Origin: Eledone cirrhosa
Taxonomy: Eukaryota
Assembly: GCA_964016885.1 (NCBI GenBank)
Contig: OZ024743.1
Span: 176,390,001-176,454,000 of the forward strand
Length of the DNA stretch: 64,000 bases
Direction of reading: 5' to 3'
In this document: one piece after another, positions 40,885-53,904 of the stretch
Layout: each line of letters begins with the position of its first letter
Position numbering within the stretch: the stretch's first letter is position 1
Position numbers and translations under genes: made by a program
The notes under the pieces: generated by a model
Databases searched by the model: none
What the model was told of the DNA's origin: nothing
Seen by the model: only the letters and a program-made list of their open reading frames with translations

Positions 40885-41095
40885 TCTACAGTAGGAACAG
40901 GGCCACAAATATTTAGGGAAGGGAAAGTCGATTAAATCGAACCCAGTGCATTACTGGTGCTGTATTTTATCGACCGTGTAAGGATGAAAGGCAAAGCTAA
41001 TCTCGGTTTGATTTGAACTCAGTACGTAAATGATCATAACTCTATGCTGCAAATCATCTTGTTTGATGCGCTACCTATTACTGCCATTCCATCAC
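40885..41095 (-). mobile_element. Deu/Nin-like SINE
   Basis: Diverged consensus match. Confidence 0.7.
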
Positions 41096-41299
41096 CCCAT
41101 ATGTGATATAATAATATGGCGGTAGAATGGCCGAATGGTTAAGAAGTTTGTTTCACATTAATAAGCTCCCGAGTTAGTTCCAACTGCGGGGCATCTTTAG
41201 CCTAAAATCTGTGATTGAAAGGCTATCGTCGAGAATATATACAATGTATGGAAGAGAAAATATGGGAGAAGGCGTGCATACTCAATTACACTCTACAAC

Positions 41300-41590
41300 A
41301 GAGTCACTGCCTCCGTCTCTCTCACCCGCCCCATCTCTCACTATTATAATCAAATGGGGGGGGGGGGGGCGCCCGCTGGCCTCCGCGCGGTCCCGGCTGA
41401 CAGAATAGAGGTGTTTTCCCGGTGGATGGTAGGGGAGGCGCATTGGAAGAGCCATTCCAGCTCGCGTGGCTGACACCTGTGGGTAGCCAACTCCATGCCG
41501 ATTGTGATGAGCGACCGATATTTGGAGAGTTTAAGCGTCCAGAGTGTTTCTGAGTTTGGTAGCGACTGTATGGGCACTTAAATGACACAG
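41300..41590 (-). mobile_element. CRE-clade (RLE) LINE C-terminal fragment, decayed
   Basis: KLSKYRSL...RELEWLFQCASPTIHRENTSIL resembles the CRE end motif K..KY..L / E..WLFQR.S...QRGNA..IL. Locally GC-rich. Confidence 0.5.
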
Positions 41591-41869
41591 CAAACGCATG
41601 ATACCTACTATTATGAGATACTTAATTACGAGTGACTTCTGTAGTGGTATTTATATTGGCATGGTAAAGGCTTCACTTATCTGACAGGAAAGTATTTTTT
41701 TTTCAATTGCCATTGAGATCGTTCAATTATGTAAGTTTAGCCAGATTCAGATGTGTCGGCAATGGCTTTCATAAAGTTTCAATTGCTGAATAATAGAAAC
41801 TTCGAGTATGCTTGATTAAACAATTGGATGAATAACAACAGCAAGACACACACACGCACACACGCACAC

Positions 41870-41918
<49 letters not shown>

Positions 41919-41926
<8 letters not shown>

Positions 41927-42138
41927 TAAAATAACAGATTAAAGTTTAAGCAAAGAATCGCTGCTTTCACCCTTAACGGGATCTTCTGAAGATCCCGTTA
42001 AGAGTGAAAGCACCGATTCTTTGCTTAAACTTTAATCTGTTATTTTAATAAATATTTGCTCTACGGTTCTTATATATTTGATATATATTTATCCTTATCG
42101 AGCCCTCTTTGGATTTTAGTCTTCAAATTTATTATTAT

Positions 42139-42140
<2 letters not shown>
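41919..42140 (+). mobile_element. Fold-back PLE/HHR insertion in (AT)n
   Basis: Arms 41919-41986 / 41988-42055, turning inside the CTGAAGA core. HHR CTGAAGA-TCCC GTTAA G(G/A)GT-GAAAGCA..TGCTT. A fragment of the same family lies at 48313-48352. Confidence 0.8.
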
Positions 42141-42194
<54 letters not shown>

Positions 42195-43510
42195 TTCTGA
42201 AACTCTTTAATATTTACACAGATACACACTCAGACATAATGCATTTCCTATTTCAGCCATGTTGCGATTATAAGAAGTTCGTTTCCTTATCATGAGATTC
42301 TGACTTTTAATTAACCTTACATTTATCCTGTAAATAGTAATTTCTCCAAAATTACTCATACATTTAGTCTCATATTTCCGCTCTACATATATGCTGAACA
42401 TTTATGTAATTATATCGTAGAAATACCTTATAATATCATTGATATCTTATCACTTCCATGTGTCAGTATGCAAACTATTAGTTTATGAAATCGTAAAGTT
42501 TCCAGCTTTTATGATTGTTCATATATCCATTAATTCAGATATATATGACAAACCAATCCTGGACTCCAAAAGTTACATATGTTTAACGATATTGCCATGA
42601 ATATTGAGCCCAATGGTCAATAGTTATAAAGATAATTTCTCACATCTCAGCTGAAATATCTTTTCTCGCAGAAATCAATAGGACTTGTATGCGCCTATGG
42701 CCTTGCAACTCCTGATAGTGTTGCATCACACTAGGGTCGCCGTAGGGTCACCATTGTGAAGTACGGCGTGTTTTGGGCATTTTAAAGCTAGCGGAGCCCA
42801 TCCTTCTCCTGATCAGTATACAGCCGATTTCTTTCAGAGAAGGAGAGCGAACGAGAGTCATTGAAAGGAAGCAAGAAAAAGATATAGAAGAAGAATTTAC
42901 CCCTAGACTGGTACTTGTTTTTATTGACATTAATAGGGTGAAAGGCAAAGTAGGCCATGATAGGATTTGAACAGAGAGCCGAAACGAGCACTATAAAGTA
43001 TTTAGCTATCTAACGATTCTGCTAATTCACCACCTTCAATATGACTGGTCATATCTTTATCGATGTCTTCCATTTCTCCTGGGTCAATGACCTGAACCAA
43101 TTTATGCTACAGGCGTGTGGTATATAATATTTATCCACATGTAACAATAAAATTATAATATACTGCAAAAGAAGAATCATTATATATGAAAAGATAAATC
43201 AATTATCGTACAATAATTTCACAATGGAGAAGAGAAAATAGAAAGATATGTTAGAAGGTACAGAATAGAGAGTTTATGATGTCAAATAAAATACTTTACC
43301 TTGTTAAACTCGAAAGATTATTGTATTCCATGTTTCCAAATACGGATTATATTAACCCATTTGTTACCACGTTTCTAATGAAAGACAGTCTATGGTTTTC
43401 AAATAATTGGGAAAATAACCAAGACTGTCTGCTTTAAAATAAATGGCTTTGTAACATAAAAGCAGAGGTGCTTTCAGAAGTTTTGGTATCAGAATGGTTA
43501 ACTTAATGAT

Positions 43511-43656
43511 TCTTCTTCTTCTTCTTCTTCTTCTTCTTCTTCTTCTTCTTCTTCTTCTTCTTCTTCTTCTTCTTCTTCTTCTTCTTCTTCTTCTTCTTCT
43601 CCTCCTCCTCCTCCTCCTCCTTCTTTTTTCTTCTTCTTCTTCTTCTTCTTCTTCTT

Positions 43657-43689
<33 letters not shown>

Positions 43690-43930
43690 CGTGAGAGGGT
43701 CATGGGGGCAGAGTCCTCAAACACTCCTTCCAGCGGGTCATGTCGGAAGCAACTATCTCCAATTGATTCAGCTGGATCCCCAAGTGAGACCAGCCAAACT
43801 CATTGATGTTATCCAACTATCTTGTTGGGGTCAACCCATGGGTCTCATGCCGGTTGGTTTAGCCCGTAAAATATTTCCCGCGATTCATTCCTGAGGCATT
43901 CTAATCACATGTCCATAGTATCGAGATGTG
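43511..43930 (-). mobile_element. RTE-clade LINE 3' fragment with long (GAA)n tail
   Basis: Minus strand RYYGHVIRMPQE..ILRAKPTGMRPMG.P...RWKECLRTLPP, the typical RTE C-terminus. (TTC)n at 43511-43686. Confidence 0.75.
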
Positions 43931-44589
43931 ATCTCTCAATTTTCAAAAAGGTTAATTATATTATTCCACGATGAATATAGTTATTAGAGTCAGAAAAAAC
44001 TGATAGTCATTTACACCGACAAATTACAGATTCTCCGAAATTTCAAATAAATTTCAAATTTGATTTTTCTTGAACTAAACCGAACATTATGCTAAATAAA
44101 AAAAAAATGAACATAATTTCATAGAAACAGCTATGGGGACGCATATTGTAGAGTTTGTTTAAAGCTTTAAATACCCAGCCACCAGCTCTAGTTGTTGTTG
44201 TTGTTGTCGAGTAAGTTCTTTAATTATTACTATTAATTTTTTAGAGTATCCCAAAGTGCAGAACAGACTCCTTCTTACTTTTCAGCTCCGTGCTCGCTGA
44301 TATATTTGTTTCTTTTAATTTTGGTTGTCATTACCTGGTTGACTTGACGCTATTTCGAAACAAGTGGAACGAAAACAAAATATAAATGTTTGATGAATTG
44401 CATTTCTGTTTTGCGAAAATTAATTTAAAAAACATTAACTTGCCATGTAAAATGTATTTACGCGACACAAAGAAGTTAAAAATAGCATCCAATTTTGAAA
44501 AATCCTTGGAAAACGCAGTAATTCAGCAGCTAATGGCGAAAGCAAAAGAGGAAACACATCTGTTGAAGCAGACCCCCAATAATAATAAT

Positions 44590-44730
44590 GTTTTCTACTA
44601 TATGCACAACGCCAGCAATTTGGAGAGGGGAAAGTCGATTAAATCGACTTTAGTGTATTACTGATGCTTTATTTCATCGAACCCGTTAGGATGAAAGGCA
44701 AAACTGATCTCGGCAGTTTTTGAACTATGG
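44590..44730 (-). mobile_element. Deu/Nin-like SINE 3' part
   Basis: GGATGAAAGGCAAA core. Confidence 0.65.
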
Positions 44731-44745
44731 ACCTATATATATATA

Positions 44746-44865
44746 CAGGGTGTCCATAAAGTCTCTTTACAATTTAAAAAATATACTACAAAAGCTATTG
44801 AATAGATATCTTAATCAGATTTGTTCTATATACTCAGTAGTTATCAAAGTTCTTAATCACATTGA
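44746..44865 (+). mobile_element. Tc1/mariner-type terminal fragment
   Basis: TA followed by CAGGGTGTCCATAAAGTC, a mariner-like TIR start. The partner TIR was not seen. Confidence 0.5.
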
Positions 44866-44890
44866 ATTTGTGCAATGTGATTAAAATGAG

Positions 44891-45672
44891 ATTATACGGA
44901 AAAGGATAAACACTTGTAATAATACACACGTGCAGAAGAAGTCACTTCCCAAAGGACCTACCTCACGTTAGATCGATGAGGGAGACAACTGTGAATTTAC
45001 GAAGCTGTAGTCACTGCTTACCGATCAAACCAGCAACAAGAGGTCAAATTCTGTGTATGTATGGCGGAGGGCCGGTTTAAAGAAGGCTTCCTGAATCATC
45101 TGTCGACATTCTGACACCCGGACAAACGATCGTCCATGAAGTTCGCGACCCACATATTGTCCCTCAATTACGCAGGCGTGGATGACTCCATTCAATGAAA
45201 AGTTATTAGTAAGTCTAATCTATACGGAAGTAGGAATCCGTCTAGTGGGCTGTGCATTAAAGAAAGAATCAATATCCTGAGGGGTTGCCTAATAGCCCTG
45301 TCTAAATTCAAAAAATGAACTTTTCTCGCGTTGTTCACTCGTTTGGAAACACATATTACGTAATTTCAAAACTTTTCAAAACTCTAGACTAACTAACATG
45401 AATAATCTATTATATTCTGGACTAAATAACATGGATACTCTATTATATTCTGAGTTTTCACAGTTGTCGCCCACACCGATCTAACGTGAGTTACTCCCCT
45501 TTGGGAAGTGACTTCTTCTGCACATGCGTATTCGTACAATTGTTTTTCTTTTCCGTATAAAATATCATGTAAACCGAGCTGATGATCCTACTAAGGTGAA
45601 ACAATTGATCTTATAAATGGTGAATTAACTGTTGTGGAACTAATTCTAACAAACTCGTCCCTTGTTCTTATA
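44891..45672 (+). mobile_element. Penelope-like element 3' fragment: inverted pLTR piece + GIY-YIG remnant + pLTR with HHR
   Basis: Inverted arms 44891-44995 / 45456-45560. HHR CTGATGA-TCCT ACTA AGGT-GAAACAATTG at 45579-45608. Ends in (AT)n. Confidence 0.85.
44995..45340 (+). pseudogene. GIY-YIG endonuclease of a PLE (Nematis-like), decayed
   Basis: Own translation: IYEAVV..KFCVCMAEGRFKEGFLNHLSTF*HPDKRSSMKFATHILSL..SIQ*KVISKS..GLCIKERINIL..LNSKNELFSRC, matching the PLE pattern IY.A.V/YIG.TE..FK.R..NH..SF.H/C.LC..EK/LN.R.EL.S.C. Confidence 0.75.
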
Positions 45673-45857
45673 TTATATATATATATATATATATATAAGT
45701 TGAAAAAAATGAAAACGAAATTTCATTTCTCACTCTTACCGTTTTCGGTATCCCTGACCGATTTAACTCACTCAATATGCAAATTAGGCTGCTCAGCCGT
45801 TAATTTTCATAAGGAAAGTATATACTTTCGAACGTTCAACTATCTGGCAGATGGGTA

Positions 45858-45902
45858 AACGGTGCTGATGATAGCTAACAAGCTTGAAACTAGTACATCG
45901 TT
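45858..45902 (+). ncRNA. Minimal type I hammerhead ribozyme
   Basis: AACGGTG-CTGATGA-TAGCT AACA AGCTT-GAAACTAGTA-CATCGTT. Palindromic ACTAGT stem III, GUA triplet. Confidence 0.87.
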
Positions 45903-46341
45903 CCTGTGTCAGTGTTGAACAAAAAGGTGACGTGGTTGCCTTAACACCGTATGGCATAAATTCAGGCTGTTCGGTTTGTTGACAAACAAACGAACAAAGC
46001 GGCGTTGTAATAAACGTCCGCTAAACTGATGCGTGCATATATGTATGTGTACCTGTATGTATATATGTATATATATGTATATATATATATATATGTATAT
46101 ATATGCATGCTACTGTACGTCTGTATACATATATGTATGTACGTATACATACATACTTACATTTAAGTAAGTGCCATACTAAGAGTGAGAAATGAAATTT
46201 CGTTTTCATTTTTTTCAACTTATCGTTTTCGGTATGCCTGACCGATTTAACTCACTCAATATGCAAATTAGGCTGCTCAGCCGTTAATTTTCATAAGGAA
46301 AGTATATACTTTCGAACGTTCAACTATCTGGCAGATGGGTA

Positions 46342-46386
46342 AACGGTGCTGATGATAGCTAACAAGCTTGAAACTAGTACATCGTT
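46342..46386 (+). ncRNA. Minimal type I hammerhead ribozyme (identical tandem copy)
   Basis: Identical to 45858-45902. Confidence 0.87.
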
Positions 46387-46644
46387 CCTGTGTCAGTGTT
46401 GAACAAAAAGGTGACGTGGTTGCCTTAACACCGTATGGCATAAATTCAGGCTGTTCGGTTTGTTGACAAACAAACGAACAAAGCGGCGTTGTAATAAACG
46501 TCCGCTAAACTGATGCGTGCATATATGTATGTGTACCTGTATGTATATATGTATATATATGTATATATATATATATATGTATATATATGCATGCTACTGT
46601 ACGTCTGTATACATATATGTATGTACGTATACATACATACTTAC

Positions 46645-46720
<76 letters not shown>

Positions 46721-46722
46721 GC

Positions 46723-46788
<66 letters not shown>

Positions 46789-46789
46789 G

Positions 46790-46820
<31 letters not shown>

Positions 46821-46923
46821 GTATGTATATATATATATGTGTGTGTGTCTGCGTATCGGTGTGAATATGTGTGTGCGGGGTCCAGGGTTCTACTCCTATG
46901 ATATCCATTTCCATTTTAAATAT

Positions 46924-46963
<40 letters not shown>

Positions 46964-47423
46964 GTAATGGGTATAGTAATAATAATAAAAAATAACAACA
47001 ATAATGGTTTCTCAATTCCTCCTTCCGAAGTAAATTTGAATTTCTTTTACAGTTATATGAGAACATATGTCAACCTCTCCTTTCTTCTTGGTATGAATTC
47101 GCCATAGCTTTCAAAAGAAAATGAAATCAAACGCTCAGATTTATCTCCGTACATGTATCCATTATTTAGTATCTTCAGTTTTATTTCTGGAGTCTGGTAT
47201 TAGTTCAATATTAAAAATATAAATCCCACCCCAATATAATCTTAACACATCTATTTTGATCGGATCTTTTCATATCTTTAAGCAGTTTCTATTTTGTCAT
47301 TTCTTCCTAGAATTGAATTTTTGGAAATTTGTTTCTCAAGTACTTTTTTCATTTTGCTTTTCTGCAACTCCTTACCAATACTTTCAATTACATACATATA
47401 TACATACATGCATACATATATAC

Positions 47424-47695
47424 ATGATGGCTTACCCCTCGATATCGAGTATGGCTCGAGTATGCTCGATATAACATTATTAATAATTATCAATTAATGC
47501 TATCGTGCAATGCCTGTGCGTGAAGATTTTCGTTTAAAGTGAGGAAAGAATGTGCAGTGAGTCAATACCACTCCCTGAGCGATAGTAGCTATAACTGGTA
47601 TCTACTGAGCCGCTTTATGACGGAGTTATCCCAGTTTCCTGAGTTGCCTTCTCTTAGAAGAATGCCCTGACAAAGGCGAGGGGGTCGTTCACTCA
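47424..47695 (-). mobile_element. RTE-related SINE/non-autonomous element in an (ATAC)-rich tract
   Basis: Homologous to the 34081-34550 pieces. GGAAACTGGGATAACTCC..TAAA motif. Confidence 0.55.
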
Positions 47696-48153
47696 CATAT
47701 ATACATATATGTATACATACATATGTACATACATATATACAGACATACTTACATATATACATGCATACGTACATACATACATACGTACATATATACGTAC
47801 ATATATATGTACATATATACAAGCATATTTACATATATACGTACATACATACACAGAGGCAGACTCACAAACACACATATATACATACACACATGCACAC
47901 ACAGAACTACACACATATATATATACAAGCACACACACACACATGACTGTATATAGTCTGAATTAACAACGTGGTTTGACTCCTGGCTGAGACCGGTCAA
48001 TACGATACAAATTAGAAAGCCTTTCTTATTTCTCCAAACCTCATATTGTTCAACATAGTAAACAAAGCTAAATTATTTTCAAGGAATTAGTTACTTTTTG
48101 TTGTGTAAAGTATATACTGTATAAAATCATTAGGTGTATCTTTATTATTATTT

Positions 48154-48226
48154 TACCTATAAGTATTACCTATAAGTATTACCTATAAGTATTAACTATA
48201 AGTATTACCTATTTTACCTATAAGTA
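48154..48226. repeat. 13-bp minisatellite (TACCTATAAGTAT)x~5
   Basis: Direct inspection. Confidence 0.8.
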
Positions 48227-48244
48227 TATATTTCTTTAATTCTT

Positions 48245-48304
<60 letters not shown>

Positions 48305-48346
48305 GTAATAATAGCACCGATTCTTTGCTTAAACTTTAATCTATTA

Positions 48347-48383
<37 letters not shown>

Positions 48384-48388
<5 letters not shown>

Positions 48389-48592
48389 ATAGAAGGAGCT
48401 TCTACAGGACTAGTACTGTTTCATTCAGATGAAATCTTCAGGAAGCCCTTTGAAGTGCTTCCTGAAGATTTCATCTGAATGAAACAGTACTAGTCCTGTA
48501 GAAGCTCCTTCTATAAAATAAAAAAATTTTACTCTGCCATGTATTGAGTACCTTACTTACCGTGGTTATCCCCGACTCAACCCGGGACCTAC

Positions 48593-48594
<2 letters not shown>
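48384..48594 (+). mobile_element. Fold-back PLE/HHR insertion in (AT)n
   Basis: Arms 48384-48446 / 48457-48519. HHR GCTTC-CTGAAGA-TTTCA TC TGAAT-GAAACAG TACTAGTC CTGTA-GAAGC at 48457-48505. Confidence 0.85.
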
Positions 48595-48670
<76 letters not shown>

Positions 48671-50012
48671 GTAAAATCCCGACCGTGATGTCAAGCTGTT
48701 TCGGTTTGTATGTTCAGCAAGCCTTTTCAACCGTATATGTGTTTTGTTGTTCTTGTTTTTGTTTTGTTGTGTGTGTGGTTCTATACTCGTATGTATGTAC
48801 TGGAAATAGGGTAAAATTGACCAACATTTTTTTGTACATTAAAAACAAATTTTAAAATTAGATGAACAAAACCGCAGGATAGCAGCGTATATAATTGGTT
48901 TCAAGCTTTAGTAATTCATACAAAACAATATGGCGTCCCTCTAAAAGGTAAACAAATATTAGAGAAACTTCGATGCCATCCAGTATAAATTGATCAACCA
49001 TAACAGCAGGCCAAGTGTGTTTGTATATTTATATATATATATATATATATACACACACATATATATATATATATAATTGTGTTTTTGTAACTCTTTAAAA
49101 TTTACGCACACAAACAAGTAACATACAGACAATGCATTTCTTAGTCATTCTGTTACAATAAAATGTTCGCTTACAAATCACAAGATCCTCGGCCTTATTG
49201 AGTCTTATGAATACTTATGCATTTAATCCTGTTTCTAATTTCTAGAAATATGCTGAACATTTATATAAATATATCCTAGACTTAAATTATTAACATATCT
49301 TTCTTATCTTTAATTGATCTAATAATCAATATGAACTATAGGGTTTCTCTTGTGCGAACCATTATCTTATCAAAACGGAAACATTCCTGTTTGTGTGATT
49401 CTGTGATTGTTAATATATCCAGTACGTCTGGTATATATGACACTGATACTGAACTCGAAATATTAAATACGTCAACCGTTACTGCGCCTGTTATTGACAG
49501 CACGGATCCACTAGTATAGAAGTAAAAGCCGTAGTGTGTTGCGGATAAAATCCCAGAATACATTATTATTGGAGTTTCAACTTTATCTGGTTTAACCTAT
49601 AAATTTACAATATTGCTCTTGTACTCAAGGGGCTTTCTTATTATTATATTGGCATATACGAAAAAGTCTGTACTTCGAAGAGGAGATTTAATAGGTCCAA
49701 AACACGTCAATGGGTTAATTATTCAATTTGAGTTTGGAAAGTAATTTAAACGTGATTAGAAAAAATTAAAATCCTAACAAATTTGTTTAGATATTGACAT
49801 CTTAAAAACTAATTGATTCTAATGTGTCAATATTAATGTTAATAGTCGTATTAAATTAAATGAAAAATTATGACAAATGAAAGAAAATTGGGATTCGGAA
49901 AATTGAATTTAGATATGGATATCTCTCGTACGACAGGACGATACTCTCACCAGCATCAAAATAACAACGAGAATAAAAATACTACTACTACTACTACTAA
50001 TAATAATAATAA

Positions 50013-50330
50013 TAATTGTTTCTACTTTTGGCACAAGGCCAGCAATTACCCAGTACATTACTGGTACTTTATTTTATCGACCCCGTAAGGATGAAGGGCA
50101 AAGTTAACCTCGGCGAGATTTGAACTCAGATCATAAAGGGACGTAACTCTATGCTTCAAAGCATGGCGGCTGACCCTCTACCGATACTGCCAATCCACCG
50201 GATTTCTAATATAGGTACAAGGGCAGCAATTTTGAGGAGGAGGAAAGTTGAATAAATCAACACCAGTACATCACTCGTACTTTATTTGATCAACAACGTA
50301 AGGGTGAAAGGCAAAGCGAGCCTCGCCAAT
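50013..50330 (-). mobile_element. Two Deu/Nin-like SINE copies
   Basis: 50013-50200 is a strong match and 50203-50330 is partial. Confidence 0.78.
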
Positions 50331-50336
50331 AAGGGT

Positions 50337-51656
50337 TTCTTTATTTACCACGAAGGGTTTACGCCAAGAAGGACAACACAGGACAAATCATTAACTGTGT
50401 GTGTTAGCGTGTGGAATTTTGCATTTGATATAATAAGGGAGGTAATAATAAAATGTTAACAATGAATATTCTTCAGCAAGGAATATGCGTCCGAAGGGTA
50501 GGATAACAATAACAATTTTAACAATAAGTATTCCTCAATAAAGAGGAGACGTCTGAGGGCTACTCGTGGAAAAGCCCTATAAAATAACGGTTGCTCTGAC
50601 CACTAGGGTACATGCCCTGACTCAGCTCTTCAGCTCCGATTTACAGGCGTATATATAGGGCAGGTCCATTCGCTCGGTCCATGCTTGCCACTTTCATCCA
50701 ACTTTCAACAAAATGGCTGGAAGGCAATACTCCCCTCTTTATCCTGATATTGATCTTTAAGTGAAACTTGCAGAAATTGATGAAGTATGCGCTCAAAAGG
50801 AAAATGTTTGATTCAGCCACTTCAATTGCGCCCACTATACAACCTCTTTCCCCATATCTACCAGGCATATAAAAACTGCCTGCCCTTCCAGGTCAAAGGA
50901 ACGCAGTGAAGCGTTATGCACGGTGGATTCAGTTGATAGCTGGATCTGTACCACACATGACAGTAGGTGTTCGGCATAGACCTATAGGTCAGCAATGCTC
51001 GGGTTCTGAACGAGTTCTTTTCCCGTCACTAATCCTCTAAAGAACACCAAGGCGGAGTTTCCACAGACAACTATGCCCGACTGGTTGAAGGTTGTGTGTG
51101 CTTGAAAACATTCCAGTTTCCAAGCGTTCCCTCTCGTTCTTTGTTTGACTTAGACTGCAAATCCGTTGAGGAGATGATCTGGGGAAACACGTGTCAGGCG
51201 AAAGGTGACCACACCTGTTCACCGTGAAAGAAACGCTGGAGAAGTTGTAGCTTCAGTACATATTTGCCTATCACCATGCACGGCATGCCAGTCCTTCACG
51301 CAAATGAAGTTGACAGTAGATAGACCGTCTCATGATTGGAACACGTCCTACTCACAACAAAAGGGAAGAGTAGACGTTCCAATGCCACCAGATGTGGACC
51401 AGGGCAAAACATGACAGTCAGACGGTAGTAGATGACGGACGTGCTGAACACGTTCGCTACCCCTGCCCGACAGTTGAAGGATAGTTTCTTTTCGGCTCAT
51501 TTCTGTGTGAGAGTGGTCACCCTGCTCGTTGCCTCGTCCCAGTTTTCTCTCCATCTGCAGTTCTGGAACAAACCAGACCTCTAGCAATTTAACCGTCCAG
51601 TTCAATACGACGCTGTTGGACGACATGGACTTGACTTTTCAGATGACGAGTTGCAG
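50337..51656 (-). mobile_element. Old, diverged Tx1-related 3' fragment (copy H)
   Basis: WTVKLLEVWFVPELQMER and ESWMKVASMDRANGPALYIRL align to ORF2. The 3' end is GGTAAATAAAGAAA. Confidence 0.8.
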
Positions 51657-52136
51657 GCTTACCGAATTACCTGGATGGGTACTTTATTAATCGATGCAGA
51701 AAGGATTAAGTACCAATTCAGTAAAGTACTGTCTCAGTTAACTAGAATTTTCCTCCACCATGACCCCCCACCAAAAAAAATATGGCCACCTTTCCGGATC
51801 GTTATTGTCATGTACTGCATGGTGACCAACATTTAAACACTGATGTGCTTGCTTTTATTTTTAAAACACGGTAGAGTGAGAGTGGTGGGTGGAGAGAAAT
51901 GGGAAGATAATAGGAAAGCGGGAGAAAGAAGAAAAGAGAGTAGGAAAGAGATAAGGAAAGAGAGAGAATGAAAGAAAGAAGGAAAAAAAGAACAATATAG
52001 AGAATATGAAACCCGGCGGCATTGTTAGAATTCATTATTGCGATGAACTGCATGGCACGCAATATCTAAACATAGAAACACTTGCTATTTACTTTTAAAA
52101 CATTGGAGAAAGAGATAGATAGATAGATAGATAGAT

Positions 52137-52279
<143 letters not shown>

Positions 52280-52318
52280 ATTTATATATATGTATATATA
52301 TGATATTTATATATATGT

Positions 52319-52358
<40 letters not shown>

Positions 52359-52369
52359 ATCTACCTATC

Positions 52370-52495
<126 letters not shown>

Positions 52496-52952
52496 GGAAT
52501 GGAGGGAGAGAGAAATAGAGAGGAGGAGGAGGAGGAGGAGGAGGAGGAAGAAGAAGACCGACAGGTAGACAGATAGATATAAAGCGAGAAGAGAAAGAAA
52601 GAGAAAAGAGAAACAAACAGACAATAGAACTCAATAGCATTTCGTGTTTAAATGTTATCAGCGCAGTTTTTTTTTTCAAATATTGTAACATCTGACGGCG
52701 TGCACTCGCTGGTGTTGACACAGTCTCATACAAACACAACCATCTACATCAACAACAATAGCAACAACAATTACAATAACAGCAACTACAATGATCGCAG
52801 TCACAACAACAACGACGGCATTGTAATATTTACACAAATGTCAACGCGATCATCATCATCATCATCATCATCATCACCATCATTACCATCATGGACATGG
52901 CAAGGATAAAGATGATGATGATGGCTTTGATATATGTGCATGAGTTTGTATA

Positions 52953-53026
<74 letters not shown>

Positions 53027-53079
53027 TGGTTTGTATATATATATATATATATTCATGACAACCCTTACTTTGAAAGTAA

Positions 53080-53265
53080 TAATTGTTTCTACTTTTGGCA
53101 CAAGGCCAGCAATTATCCCAGTGTATTACTGGTACTTTATTTTATCGCCCCCGTAAGGATGAAAGGCAAAGTAAACCTCGGCGGGAGTTGAACTCAGTAT
53201 GGCAAGGGCCGTAACTCTATGCGTCAAAGCATGGCGCTCCACCCTCTACCGATACTGCCAATTCA
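53080..53265 (-). mobile_element. Deu/Nin-like SINE
   Basis: Consensus match. Confidence 0.8.
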
Positions 53266-53904
53266 CGAAAGTAATAATAATAATATGTCTGCTCCTTATG
53301 TGGTGAGCTGTTTATCGTCGAGAAGTTGGACTGTTATTTCTAGCGAACCCTTCATGTCGTTGCGAGTGCTAAAATTCATGTGTTGATACCATGTACGTTT
53401 AGCCACTTTCAACCCTGCATTGAGTGAGATTAGATGATTTTGAAATTCCCTCACTAATGATCCGTTTCAAAATATCTAAATTCGCCGTTATTTGGTGAAA
53501 TGTATTCTGATTTTGTAGAGAATACATATGTGGGAAATATATTTGATCGTTATCAGGTATTTTGGTTCAAAATTTTTTATTAAATTTAATAAGATACACA
53601 ACGAATTATGTAGTCTTACATTCAGTGTAGATTGTCTCTAGTTCTATGTTTTGATATGTCGTAGTGCACACTTATCTGTGTATGAATATATTTCAATCAC
53701 TTTCTTATAATGATTAAGGCTCGATTTTATTCTCTGAATTCTATCTTCAGCTGTGTTTAGAGACAAGACATAGGTTTGATTTTGTATCATACATGACACC
53801 CCTTACTTTGAAAGTAATAATAATAATATATACATACATATGTAGTTTACCAGATGAAGCACTCTACCTGAAATTCCAAGCTACTTCTATTTTGCATTCT
53901 ACTA

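Larger units (their letters stand above)
45696..46648 (+). mobile_element. ORF-less tandem 484-nt HHR unit (non-autonomous PLE / retrozyme-like) with inverted 5' end, in (AT)n
   Basis: 45740-46165 is repeated at 46224-46648 (offset 484). 45696-45738 is the reverse complement of 46180-46222. One HHR per unit. Confidence 0.85.

Noticed and set aside
42445-42505. Caspase-like VCILTHG motif on the minus strand
   Set aside because: Surrounded by stops and not conserved in the paralogous 49.3-kb copy, so probably chance.
49336-49596. Cys-loop / chemotactile receptor exon
   Set aside because: Only vague resemblance. It lacks W.PD and the paired Cys-loop, and it terminates early.
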